Assembly (NCBI GenBank): GCA_044222475.1
Contig: JBGANF010000065.1
Coordinates: 1 to 41,832, forward strand
Length of the DNA stretch: 41,832 nucleotides
Reading direction: 5' to 3'
From: Polyangiaceae bacterium
GTDB lineage: Bacteria; Myxococcota_A; Polyangia; Polyangiales; Polyangiaceae
Numbering within the stretch: position 1 is the stretch's first letter; each line of letters opens with the position of its first letter. Shown here in pieces: positions 25,184 to 34,587 of this stretch. A model generated the notes under the pieces. That model saw nothing but the letters and a program-made list of their open reading frames with translations, was not told the DNA's origin and made no database searches. The position numbers and the translations under genes were made by a program.

Positions 25184-27232
25184 TCAGATCGGCGCGAAGA
25201 TCTTCACGGTCCTCGCCGGGATGGTGATCTCGAACGCCCCGCCGATGCGGGACGGCTTCGAGCCCCCGCTCTCGAAGACCTCGACGAGCCCCTCGATCCC
25301 CGCGAGGGCGATGCGCGCGACGACCGTCGCCCCGCTCGGGTTCATCACGAACACCGCGCGGGGCTCCTTCGTCTTCCGGTCCTCGTGGACGGTGACGTAG
25401 ATCGGCGCGCCGGACGCGTCGATCGCGTACGTCGGCAAGTCGAGCTCGCGGATCCGCTCGGCGACGAGCGCGTCGGCGCGGGCGGCGTCGAGGAGGGGCT
25501 CGAGCTCGAGACCGCGCACGTCGTGCGCGCGCTCCAGCAGACGGAACGCGCCGTCGCGCACCGGCACCTCCGGCCCGATCGTCACGCGGCAGCCCTCCTG
25601 CGCGCGCGCGCGGAGCTGGCCGAACACGTCGCCCTTGAGGCCGCCGACGGACGCGCAGACGATCCACTTCGCGCCCGCCGTTCCGGGGGCGATCGACTCG
25701 CCGCCCGCGTAGGCGAACGGCACGCCACGCTGGAGCAGGGCGTTCTCGAACGCGCGCAGGTACGTCTCGGCGACGAGCGTGGGTGCGACGGTGCGGGGCG
25801 GATCCACCGCGTCCACGAGCGGATCTTCGAGGCACGTCTCGCGGAAGCCCTTCCCCATGACCGCGAAGAGCGCCGGGGTGAGCGCACCGAACGCGTGGGT
25901 CGCTCGGGCGAGGCGCCTCATCGATCGGGGCACGACGAGTCGTACCGGAGTGGGACGATGAAGCGAGAAGAAGTCGATGCGCTCGAGGACGGCGAACAGC
26001 GCTTTGTACACGTCGGCGAACGGCCGCGGCTTGCCGTAGCGATCGATCGGCGCGCCGACCCAGCGATCGCGCTCGACCGCCATGTACAGGTTGAACCCCC
26101 GGAGCCCGTACGCGAGCGCCGCGCACAGCGTGTAGATCGAGTCCTTCTCGTCGTGAGGGGCGAAAAACGGCGGGAATCCCGCGCCGACCTCGGCGCCGTA
26201 GGCCGGGACGTCGGCGCCTTCGCAGCGCACCGCGAGCTCCGTCGTGCGACGCATCAGCGTGCCGTGCTCTTCCGGGGTGGCGCGGTGGTAGTAGTCGAGC
26301 GCGACGAGATCGAGCACGCCTCCGATGCGCGACGGGTTCAGCGGAGTCGCCGCCTCGCCGAGGGGGAGGTTGTGCATCGTCGGTACGCCCTCGACGCCGT
26401 GGCTCGCGAGCGCCGAGGCCATGCGCTCCATCGACGTCGTGAGGAGGTGCTCTTGGTACTCGACCCAGTCGAGGTGACGCGCGAGCGCGTCCGGGGTCTT
26501 CGCGTCGAAGCGGGTCGGCGCTTGGGCCGAAGCGAAGGTGATCTCGGCCTCGTTCCAGGCGGCGCGGAGGGCGCTGGGCCGCTTGTACTTGTCGCGCAGG
26601 AACGTGCGGAAGAGCGCGATCGAGTCGGGGTGGTAGTCCTGGTCGTACGCGCCGTCGCGGAAGTAGAGCGCGCCCTCGTTGTCGACTTGGACCATCACGA
26701 TCGGGCCATCGGGCCAGAGGTTGCGCGCGAGGATCGGCCCGCAGGCGGCGAACCACTCTTCGACCTCTTCGTGGAAGGCCTCGCTCGCGTAGCTCGGCAC
26801 CGGGAAACCGACCGGCACCATCGGCAGCATGACGGCCGCGTCCTTCGGCGTGCGCGCTTGGCACGCGCGATCCCATACGACGCGCTCGGGGAGACCGAAG
26901 TACGTGAGCTCGGCGTTGATGTGAGGTCCCGGCCGCGCGACGACGCGGAGCCCGCGCTCGTGCGCGAGGGCGAGGAACCGCTCGAGGTCGAGGCGCGGGT
27001 TGCTCGTTCCGAAATCGAACGCGCCCTTCGCGGTCTCGTGCTCGCCCCACGGCACGTAGACGTCGACGAGGCGGAGGCCCATCGCCTTCATCGCGTCGAG
27101 GCCGGGGCTCCACGCGCTCGGGTGGTGGCGCCAGTAGTGCATCGCGCCGCACACGAGCGGGAGCGACTCGCCTCCTTCGAGGAGGAGCCCGGATGCGTCG
27201 AGGCGGACGCGCTTCGCTCGCGATTTTCTCAC
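25184..27232 (-). CDS. Glycoside hydrolase family 35 (beta-galactosidase-like)
   Basis: GAMHYWR, DVYVPW..HE...G.FDF, ARPGPHINAE...GLP, IVMVQVDNE (acid/base), AE.GAG (nucleophile), NLYM. The GTG start overlaps the upstream TGA. Confidence 0.88.
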   Translation of the reverse strand: MRKSRAKRVRLDASGLLLEGGESLPLVCGAMHYWRHHPSAWSPGLDAMKAMGLRLVDVYVPWGEHETAKGAFDFGTSNPRLDLERFLALAHERGLRVVARPGPHINAELTYFGLPERVVWDRACQARTPKDAAVMLPMVPVGFPVPSYASEAFHEEVEEWFAACGPILARNLWPDGPIVMVQVDNEGALYFRDGAYDQDYHPDSIALFRTFLRDKYKRPSALRAAWNEAEITFASAQAPTRFDAKTPDALARHLDWVEYQEHLLTTSMERMASALASHGVEGVPTMHNLPLGEAATPLNPSRIGGVLDLVALDYYHRATPEEHGTLMRRTTELAVRCEGADVPAYGAEVGAGFPPFFAPHDEKDSIYTLCAALAYGLRGFNLYMAVERDRWVGAPIDRYGKPRPFADVYKALFAVLERIDFFSLHRPTPVRLVVPRSMRRLARATHAFGALTPALFAVMGKGFRETCLEDPLVDAVDPPRTVAPTLVAETYLRAFENALLQRGVPFAYAGGESIAPGTAGAKWIVCASVGGLKGDVFGQLRARAQEGCRVTIGPEVPVRDGAFRLLERAHDVRGLELEPLLDAARADALVAERIRELDLPTYAIDASGAPIYVTVHEDRKTKEPRAVFVMNPSGATVVARIALAGIEGLVEVFESGGSKPSRIGGAFEITIPARTVKIFAPI

Positions 27233-27603
27233 TGCAGCTGCACCGTGCCGAACTGGGGATTGCTCGCGAGCCCGCTCGCGTCGATGACCTGCACGGTGTA
27301 GCTCAGGGACTGGCCCTTGAACCCGGCGCCGAGATCGATCGTGACGGTCTGGGTGAGCGAGGTGTCGAGGAAGTTCAGGGTCTGCGAGGGATAGCCCTTC
27401 AGCTCGAAGCGGAGCGAGACGACCCGGTCGTCGTCGTCGTGGAACGAGACGGTGAGCGGGAGCGGGTACTTGTTCTTCACCGTGTCGAGCGAGATCGTCG
27501 CGGGGGCGGTCAGGCTGTCGAGGACGGGCGCCTGCTTCACTCCAGAGGGAGCGCACGCGAGTGCGAAGGCCCCAAATACGGTGAGCACGGCGACCGCTCG
27601 CAT
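27229..27603 (-). CDS. Small Ig-like beta-sandwich lipoprotein
   Basis: MRAVAVLTVFGAFALAC lipobox; F.D.D.D and 'VQVIDASGLASN' motifs. Confidence 0.72.
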   Translation of the reverse strand: MRAVAVLTVFGAFALACAPSGVKQAPVLDSLTAPATISLDTVKNKYPLPLTVSFHDDDDRVVSLRFELKGYPSQTLNFLDTSLTQTVTIDLGAGFKGQSLSYTVQVIDASGLASNPQFGTVQLQ

Positions 27604-27623
27604 CGATCCGAGCTTACACGATG

Positions 27624-28661
27624 TCAGGCCTCGTCGGGGAGCACGCGACGGAGGAGCGCGAGGAGCTCGGCCATGTCGCGGTCTTCCGGGGCGAGCCGCT
27701 CGAGCGAGAGCGTGACCTTGCGGACGGTCGGCGTGACGAAGCGGAGAAACGAGGGGTTTGCCTTCACCCGATCGATGAAGACGAAGCGCCCCGCGTCCTT
27801 GAGCTTGCGCTGCACCGTCATGTAGTCGAACTCGCGGCTGAGCGTCTCGCGCTCGGCGGCGGGGAGGGCGCTGTGCTCGCCGTACTCGCGCAGTCGCTCT
27901 TCGACGAACTCCCGATCGAACTCTTGGTAGCTGTCGTTCAGGAGCGCGACCATGTCGTAGATGCGCGGCCCGAGGAGCGCGTCCTGGAAGTCGATCCAAC
28001 ACAGGGACTCCCGGTCGCCGCGCACCATCAGGTTGCGCGACTGGTAGTCGCGGTGGACGAAGCCGCGCGGCCACGACGCGATGCGCGTCGCGAGGGTCTC
28101 GGCGATGCGATCGAAGGTGGCGCGATCGGCCGGAGAGAGCGTGTGGCCTCGGGCTTCGAGCCCCCACTCGCGGAAATGTTCGATCTCCCACTTCAAGAGA
28201 TCGTGATCGAACGAGCGCGTCGCCACGACGGAGCCTTCGGGCAAGCTCGCGAGCGCCGCTTGCGCGGCGGCGAGATCCTTCACTGCGCGCGCGTAGAGCC
28301 GGGGCTTGGCTTGGGGATCGCGCAGCAGGTAGTTCGCGAGGGTGTCGTCGCCGAGGTCCTCGATGAGGAGCCACCCCGCCTCGGTGTCTTCGCCGAGGAC
28401 CTTGGGGACGTCGACGCCGCGCTCGGCGAGGAGGTCGCGCACCTCGAGGAAGGGCCAGCGGGGAGGCGCGTGGTGCTTGCCGATCTCCTCCGGTTTGCCG
28501 CCTTCGGGCACGAACATCGCGACCGCGGATGTGCGGGGCAGGGCGACCCGGAAATATCGGCGCGTCGACGCGCCGCCCGGCATCTCTTCGTAGGTCAGCG
28601 TGGCATCCGGCGCGATCGAGCGCACGAGGGCGGCGAGCGGTTCGAAGCGGAGCTCCGGCAT
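27624..28661 (-). CDS. amgK: AmgK-like anomeric MurNAc/GlcNAc kinase (aminoglycoside phosphotransferase fold)
   Basis: GGASTRRYFR, EDLGD, HRDYQSRNLM, IDFQDALLGP..YD...LL.D, QRKLK..GRF. Confidence 0.78.
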   Translation of the reverse strand: MPELRFEPLAALVRSIAPDATLTYEEMPGGASTRRYFRVALPRTSAVAMFVPEGGKPEEIGKHHAPPRWPFLEVRDLLAERGVDVPKVLGEDTEAGWLLIEDLGDDTLANYLLRDPQAKPRLYARAVKDLAAAQAALASLPEGSVVATRSFDHDLLKWEIEHFREWGLEARGHTLSPADRATFDRIAETLATRIASWPRGFVHRDYQSRNLMVRGDRESLCWIDFQDALLGPRIYDMVALLNDSYQEFDREFVEERLREYGEHSALPAAERETLSREFDYMTVQRKLKDAGRFVFIDRVKANPSFLRFVTPTVRKVTLSLERLAPEDRDMAELLALLRRVLPDEA

Positions 28662-28721
28662 CGGCGACGCTGTAACACGATTTCGGCGGCGGCGGCCGTG
28701 CTAACCGGCTAACCACAGAGG

Positions 28722-29354
28722 GTGCTCGCCGAACCGGCCGGAGGGTGGGGTTTCGAAGCGGTGGAACGCGCAGCGGGGTTCACCCTCGACCCCGCTCGGC
28801 GCGCGGCCCTGGCCACCTGGCTCGGCGAGCTCTGCGTGTGGAACGCGCGCATGGACCTCACCGCCGCGAAAACCGGCGACGAGCTCACCGAGCTCATGGT
28901 GACGGACGCGCTCGTGCTCGCGCGCATGATCCCCACGCGTGAGGGCGCTCCCTTGCGCGTCGTCGACGTGGGGACCGGCGCGGGCGCGCCCGGTCTCGCG
29001 CTCGCGCTCGCTCGGCCAGACCTCGCGCTCACGCTGGTCGATCCCCTCGGCAAGCGGATCGCGTTCCTGCGCACCGTGCTCGGGCGGCTGCGTCGCGCGG
29101 ACGTCGCGCTCGTGACCGGCCGCGGCGACTCGCTGCCGGCCGCTTCGTTCGACGTCGCGATCTCGCGCGCGACGCTCTCCCCGGACGAGTGGCTCGCGCT
29201 CGGGCGAACGCTCGTCGTCCCCGGTGGTGAGGTGTACGTGCTTCTGACCGACGCCGATGCATCGGCGCCGGACGCGTATGCGTGGCCCTTCTCGGGCCGC
29301 TTCCGCCGCATCGTCCGGCACCCGGTCGCCGTGATACCCTCGGCGGTTCCGTGA
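28722..29354 (+). CDS. rsmG: 16S rRNA (guanine527-N7)-methyltransferase RsmG/GidB
   Basis: WNARMDLTA, VDVGTGAGAPG, LVD..GKR..FL, FD...SRA. The start is uncertain. Confidence 0.85.
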   Translation: MLAEPAGGWGFEAVERAAGFTLDPARRAALATWLGELCVWNARMDLTAAKTGDELTELMVTDALVLARMIPTREGAPLRVVDVGTGAGAPGLALALARPDLALTLVDPLGKRIAFLRTVLGRLRRADVALVTGRGDSLPAASFDVAISRATLSPDEWLALGRTLVVPGGEVYVLLTDADASAPDAYAWPFSGRFRRIVRHPVAVIPSAVP

Positions 29355-30718
29355 GCACCTCACTTCGCCCCACCTCGCGCCTCGGGCCCTACGAGCTCGG
29401 GCCCAAGATTGGCGGCGGCGGCATGGCGACGGTCTTCCTCGGCCGCCGGGTCGAAGGCGCGCCGGATGGCGAGATGGTCGCCATCAAGCTGATGAAGGAC
29501 GAGCTCGCCCACGACAAGAGCTTCGTCCACATGTTCCTCGACGAAGCGAAGATCCTCTCGCGCCTATCCCACCCGACGATCATCGAGACCCGGGACTTCG
29601 GCGTCACCGAGCACGAGCGCTTCATCGCGATGGAGCTGCTCCTCGGCCGCTCGCTCATGGACGCGTGGGACGTCTGCGCCGCGAAGGAGACGCGCGTCCC
29701 GCTCGACATCGCGGGGCACATCGCGCTGTCCATCGCCGACGCGCTCACGCACGCCCACGACCTGACCGACGACGACGGGAAGCCGCTCAACATCATTCAC
29801 CGCGACGTGAACCCGACGAACGTGTTCCTCACGTACGACGGGCACGTGAAGCTGATCGACTTCGGCCTCGTCAAGGCCGAGGGTCGCGTCACGAAGAGCG
29901 CCGAAGGAGTGGTCAAGGGCAAGGTGCCGTACCTCTCGCCGGAGCAGGTCGCGGAGAAGCCGATCGATCGCCGCACCGACATCTACGCGCTCGGCGCGAC
30001 GCTGTGGGAGATGACGACCGGAAAGCGCCTCTTCAAGCGCGACACGGATCTCGCCACGATCCAGGCCATTCGCGCGCAGGAGATCCCCGATCCGAGGACC
30101 ATCGTCGATGGTCTCTACCCCGACGCGCTCTTCGCGATCGTCGACCGCGCGCTCAAGCGCGACCCGGCCGACCGCTACGCGACGGCCGAGGAGATGACGG
30201 TCGACCTGCGCGCCTTCTTGAAGAAGCACGGTCGCAAGACGCCGATGGAAGAGGTGCTCTCGAGCTGGCTCGAAGAGCTCTTCCCGGGCGAGCGCGCGAA
30301 ACAGAACGCGTGGCTCGCGAAGGTGTCGGGCATGCGCACGAAACCGCGCTTCACGATGCGGCCTCCAGTGCCGCTCGCCGAGGTTCCGATCGATCGGCAG
30401 AGCACGACGACGTTCGAACAAGCCGACGAGCCGGTCGTGTCGGTGGTGCCTGCCCCGCCGCCACCGAGCGCGACGATGCCCTCGGTCGAGAAGGCGACCG
30501 ACGAGCCCATCACGCGCGCGAGCGATCCCGGACCCAAGGCCGTGACGGTGGTGGAGCCGGCCGAGCCGCTCGGCCCGCTCCCGCGGAAGAAGAAGACCGC
30601 GGAGCCTCCGCCGGAGCCCGAGGCGGAAGCGCCACGCACGAGCATGGTGCGCGCGGTGATCGTCCTCGCGGTGACGCTCGCCGCCGCCGCCGGCTTCTTC
30701 TGGTGGCTCGGTCGCTGA
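29351..30718 (+). CDS. Membrane Ser/Thr protein kinase
   Basis: GGGGMA, AIK, MFLDEA, HRDVNPTN, DFG, KGKVPYLSPEQ; C-terminal TM helix; GTGA overlap with rsmG. Confidence 0.92.
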   Translation: MSTSLRPTSRLGPYELGPKIGGGGMATVFLGRRVEGAPDGEMVAIKLMKDELAHDKSFVHMFLDEAKILSRLSHPTIIETRDFGVTEHERFIAMELLLGRSLMDAWDVCAAKETRVPLDIAGHIALSIADALTHAHDLTDDDGKPLNIIHRDVNPTNVFLTYDGHVKLIDFGLVKAEGRVTKSAEGVVKGKVPYLSPEQVAEKPIDRRTDIYALGATLWEMTTGKRLFKRDTDLATIQAIRAQEIPDPRTIVDGLYPDALFAIVDRALKRDPADRYATAEEMTVDLRAFLKKHGRKTPMEEVLSSWLEELFPGERAKQNAWLAKVSGMRTKPRFTMRPPVPLAEVPIDRQSTTTFEQADEPVVSVVPAPPPPSATMPSVEKATDEPITRASDPGPKAVTVVEPAEPLGPLPRKKKTAEPPPEPEAEAPRTSMVRAVIVLAVTLAAAAGFFWWLGR

Positions 30719-30737
30719 GGAAGGTCGGAGAGCGCGC

Positions 30738-33700
30738 GTGCGGCCGGGAGACGTCATCGAAGAGCGGTTCGAGATCGTGCGCGAGGCCGGCGCCGGCGGG
30801 ATGGGGATCGTCTTTCAGGCCCGTGATCGCCGCGATGGATCGCTCGTCGCGCTGAAGCTCCTCGGTCCGCAGGCGCCGCACGGCATCGACCGTTTCACAC
30901 GTCGCTCACGGCGGCGGCACCAACGGCGCGCCGGCGTATCTCGTGATGCAGTGGCTCGACGGCGAGGACCTCGCCGAGAGGCTCGCGCGCGGACCGCTGG
31001 GGATCGAAGAGACGATCGCGCTCGGGATTCAAGTGGCGGAGGCGGTCGGATCTGCCCACGCGCAAGGCGTGGTTCACCGGGATCTGAAGCCGAGCAACGT
31101 CTTCCTCGTCGGACGAAGGACGGATCAGGCGAAGCTGCTCGACTTCGGGCTGGCGCGAGAGGTCGCTCCCAGCCGCGCGGTCACCGGCACCGGAGTCGTG
31201 GTCGGCACGGTCGGGTACCTCTCGCCGGAGCAAGCTCGTGGCGCGTCGATGCTCGACGCCCGAACGGACGTGTTCTCGATGGGCTGCATTCTGTTCGAGT
31301 GCCTCACCGGTCGTCCGGCGTTCTCTGGAGTGCACGTCGTGGCGACGCTCGCGAAGTTGCTCGTCGAGGATCCACCTCGCGTGCGTTCGCTTCGGCCCGA
31401 CGTCGCCGGCTCCCTCGACTCTCTCGTCGCGCGGATGCTGGACAAGCGGCCCGAGGCGCGCCCGCCGGACGGGGCCGCGGTAGCGGCTGCGCTGGTGGCG
31501 ATGCGATCGCGCGACAGCATCGTCGCGCCCAGCGCTGCGCCTTCGGGTCGGCTTCCGCTGACGGCGCGCGAGCAGCGCGTCATGAGCGTGATCCTGATCG
31601 GCCAGCGGAACGAGGGGCAGTCGATGACCGGATCGGCCGCCGCTGGCGACGACGCGAACGCGCGCACGATCATCTCGCTTCGAGCACCGGCGGCACGTCA
31701 CCTGATCGACGAAGCGATGAAGCGCTTCGATGGCAGCGCCGACGCTGCCGCGGATGGCACGATGGTGATCACGCTCCAAGCCAGCGGGTCGGCCACCGAT
31801 CAGGCTGCACGTGCCGCTCGCTGCGCACTCGCGCTTCGAGAGGCCTGCCCCGGCGCGGCGATCGCGCTCGCCGTCGGCCGCGGCGTCGCGGAGTCGGGCG
31901 TCGCGACCGGCGAGGTCATCGAGCGCGCGGCGGCGTTGCTCGCGGCCGCGCGTCGCCTCGACAGCGAGGGCGTCCACGTCGAGCCGTCGCTCGTCCCGCT
32001 GATCGAAGATCGGTTCGCGGTCGCCACCGGTCCGCTCGACATGCTCCAGTTCGAGCGCGCATCGCTGGAGCCGGGTCGGGTCGTGCTCGGTCGAGTGACG
32101 CCGTTCGTGGGGCGAGCGCGCGAGCTCTCGACGCTCGAGCAAACGCTCGCCGAGTCGATCGAAGACTCCGTCGCGAGCATCGTCGTGGTTCTCGGCCCCG
32201 CCGGCGCCGGGAAATCACGCCTTCAAGGCGAGTTCCTGCGCAGCGCGCGGCGGCGTCACCCCGAGGCGACCGTCTGGTTCGCGCGCGGCGACTCGATGCG
32301 CGCGCAGTCCGCTTACGGAGTCGCGGCGGCGCTCGTGCGCTCGGGGGCATCGATCGCGGAGGCCGCGCCTCTCGTCGAGCAGCAAGAGCGCCTCGCCGCG
32401 AAGGTGGCCGAGTCGGTCCACGAGGTCGCAGCTCGCGGGCGGATCACCGAGTTTCTCGCCGAGATGATCGGGTGCCCGTACGGCGACGAGGCGAGCGTTC
32501 AGCTGCGCGCCGCGCGCGAGTCGAGCGCGCTCATGCGCGATCAGATCGCTCGCGCATGGACCGATCTCGTCGGCGGAGAGCTCGCGCAGCGACCGATCCT
32601 CCTCGTCGCCGAAGATGCACACTGGGCCGACTTCCCATCGATTCAGCTCTTCGACGTCGCGCTCAAGGCTCACGCGCAGCGCGCGCTCGTGCTTCTCGCG
32701 GCCGGTCGCCCCGAGGTCGAGGACGATCTTCCGAAGGCGTGGAAGGAACGCGCGCAGACGATCCGCCTGAGCCCGCTTTCTCCTCGAGCGGCGGCTCAGC
32801 TCGCGCGACAGGTCCTCGGGGTCGGCGTCGACGACGCCACGATCGCCGCCCTCGCCGAGCGGAGCGGAGGAAGCCCCTTCGTCATCGAGGAGCTCGTGCG
32901 CGCGCGCGCGAGTGGCAAGGGCACCGATGCGCTCCCCGACAGCGTGCTCGCGATCGTGCAAGCTCGCCTCGAGAGCCTCGACCCGTTGCTCCGACGAACG
33001 CTCCGCGCAGCGAGCGTGTTCGGTCGCGTGGCTCCGGCGGCGGGCGTCGCGACGCTCCTCGGCGCCGAGGTCCCGCGCGACGTCGTCGACCTGTCGCTCC
33101 GCTCGCTCGCCGAGCGCGAGGTCCTCGAGCCGAGGCCCGACGGCGCGGCGTACCAGTTTCGTCACGACCTCGTGCGGGACGCCGCGTACGCGATGCTCAC
33201 CGACGCGGATCGCGCGGCGGGGCATGCTCTCGCCGGCGAGTGGCTCGAGGACTCCGGCGAGGTCGACGGGAGCGTCCTCGCGTTGCACTACGACCGCGGC
33301 GGAGAACGGGAGCGAGCGGCCACGAGCTACGTGCGCGCTGCGATGCAAGCCATCGAAGCGAACGACCTCTCGACCGCCGTGGTCCACGCCGACCGCGCGC
33401 TCGTCCTGTCCGTCGATCGCGAGACGCGGGGTCGGGCGATGCTCGCCTCGGTGACTGCGCGACGCTGGATGGGACGATACGAGGGCACGGCACGGATCGC
33501 GCTCGAGGCGCTGGACCTTCTGCCTTCCGGTACGCAGGACTGGTTTCGTTCGCTCCAAGTGGCTTCGGCGGTGGCCGAGATCGTGGGGGACATCGACGCC
33601 CAGGCGCGCGTGCGCGACTTGGTCTCCTCCGCGGTGCCGGCGACCGAGGCGGCGGCCGCCGTGCGGATCGGTGTGCTCGTCCACAGCGCGGTGTCGCTGT

Positions 33701-34584
33701 TCCACTCCGGTGACACCGTCGCCGCCGACGACCTCGCAGCGCGGATCGACGTCGACGCCGCGCCGATGATCGATCGTCATCTGCTCGTGGCCGCCGCTTT
33801 TCATCGCCTGAAGACGATTCAGACGACCCACGCCGGGGACGTCTCCGCTGCGCTCGAGCATTGGCTTCTCGCCGCCGCGAGCTACGGCGCCGCGGGCGAG
33901 CGGTGGAGCGCCTGCACCGCGCGGACGAACGCCGCGTTCACGATGCTCCAGCTCGGCATGAACGAGGAAGGCGAGGCTGGTCTTCGCCAGGCGCAGGTGG
34001 AGGCTCGAGCGATCGAGCTCCTGGACGTGGCGGCGGCAGCGCAGCAGAATCTCTGCCTCGTGCTCGCCCGCCGCGGCGCGCTCGACGAGGCGCTCACCGA
34101 AGGAAGCGAGGCGCTCGCCGTCTTCATCGCCCGCGGGAACCGTCGGATGGTCGGGGCTACGCGGGTGTATCTCTCGCTCGCGCTGCTTCTTCGTCGCGAC
34201 CTCGAGCGCGCCGAGAGCGAAGCGCGTCAGGCGATCGTGGACCTCGAGGCGTACGGGCTCGCACGCCCCTCGGCGATAGCGCAGTTGGCGCGAGTGCTCG
34301 TCGCGCGCGGCAAGTTGGACGAGGCGTTGGCGTTCGCGGAGGAAGCCCTCGCCGCGGCCGAGGCGGGACCGGTCGACGACGGCGACGTCGCGATCCGGCT
34401 CACTCACGCGGAGGTGCTGCATGCCGTCGGCCGCGAAGTCGAGGCGCGTGCCGCGCTCCTCGAGACGCATCGACGGTTGCTCGAGCAGGCCGCGCGAATC
34501 GCCGATCCTGCTCGCCGCGAGCGCTTCCTCTCCGGCGTCCCCGACCACGCCCGAATCATCGCGCTCGCGCGCGAGTCGTCCTGA
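30738..34584 (+). pseudogene. Ser/Thr kinase - degenerate cyclase-like - AAA ATPase - TPR protein, frameshifted by an internal deletion at ~30900
   Basis: Kinase subdomains I-II (GAGGMG, VALK) are in the 30738 frame. Subdomain V onward (VAHG..AYLVMQWLDG, HRDLKPSN, DFG, GPAGAGKS, EDAHWAD) is in the 30943 frame. The alphaC/HP segment is missing. Confidence 0.7.
30943..34584 (+). CDS. Intact downstream ORF of the broken kinase/ATPase/TPR gene
   Basis: 1213-aa open frame with the kinase C-lobe, P-loop GPAGAGKS and TPR-like helices; the N-lobe is absent. Confidence 0.5.
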   Translation: MMQWLDGEDLAERLARGPLGIEETIALGIQVAEAVGSAHAQGVVHRDLKPSNVFLVGRRTDQAKLLDFGLAREVAPSRAVTGTGVVVGTVGYLSPEQARGASMLDARTDVFSMGCILFECLTGRPAFSGVHVVATLAKLLVEDPPRVRSLRPDVAGSLDSLVARMLDKRPEARPPDGAAVAAALVAMRSRDSIVAPSAAPSGRLPLTAREQRVMSVILIGQRNEGQSMTGSAAAGDDANARTIISLRAPAARHLIDEAMKRFDGSADAAADGTMVITLQASGSATDQAARAARCALALREACPGAAIALAVGRGVAESGVATGEVIERAAALLAAARRLDSEGVHVEPSLVPLIEDRFAVATGPLDMLQFERASLEPGRVVLGRVTPFVGRARELSTLEQTLAESIEDSVASIVVVLGPAGAGKSRLQGEFLRSARRRHPEATVWFARGDSMRAQSAYGVAAALVRSGASIAEAAPLVEQQERLAAKVAESVHEVAARGRITEFLAEMIGCPYGDEASVQLRAARESSALMRDQIARAWTDLVGGELAQRPILLVAEDAHWADFPSIQLFDVALKAHAQRALVLLAAGRPEVEDDLPKAWKERAQTIRLSPLSPRAAAQLARQVLGVGVDDATIAALAERSGGSPFVIEELVRARASGKGTDALPDSVLAIVQARLESLDPLLRRTLRAASVFGRVAPAAGVATLLGAEVPRDVVDLSLRSLAEREVLEPRPDGAAYQFRHDLVRDAAYAMLTDADRAAGHALAGEWLEDSGEVDGSVLALHYDRGGERERAATSYVRAAMQAIEANDLSTAVVHADRALVLSVDRETRGRAMLASVTARRWMGRYEGTARIALEALDLLPSGTQDWFRSLQVASAVAEIVGDIDAQARVRDLVSSAVPATEAAAAVRIGVLVHSAVSLFHSGDTVAADDLAARIDVDAAPMIDRHLLVAAAFHRLKTIQTTHAGDVSAALEHWLLAAASYGAAGERWSACTARTNAAFTMLQLGMNEEGEAGLRQAQVEARAIELLDVAAAAQQNLCLVLARRGALDEALTEGSEALAVFIARGNRRMVGATRVYLSLALLLRRDLERAESEARQAIVDLEAYGLARPSAIAQLARVLVARGKLDEALAFAEEALAAAEAGPVDDGDVAIRLTHAEVLHAVGREVEARAALLETHRRLLEQAARIADPARRERFLSGVPDHARIIALARESS

Positions 34585-34587
34585 GCG

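Noticed and set aside
27624..28661. Aminoglycoside resistance gene
   Set aside because: The motifs (ASxRxYxR, DFQDA..GP..YD, QRxLK..GxF) fit the AmgK sugar-kinase subfamily, not APH resistance enzymes.
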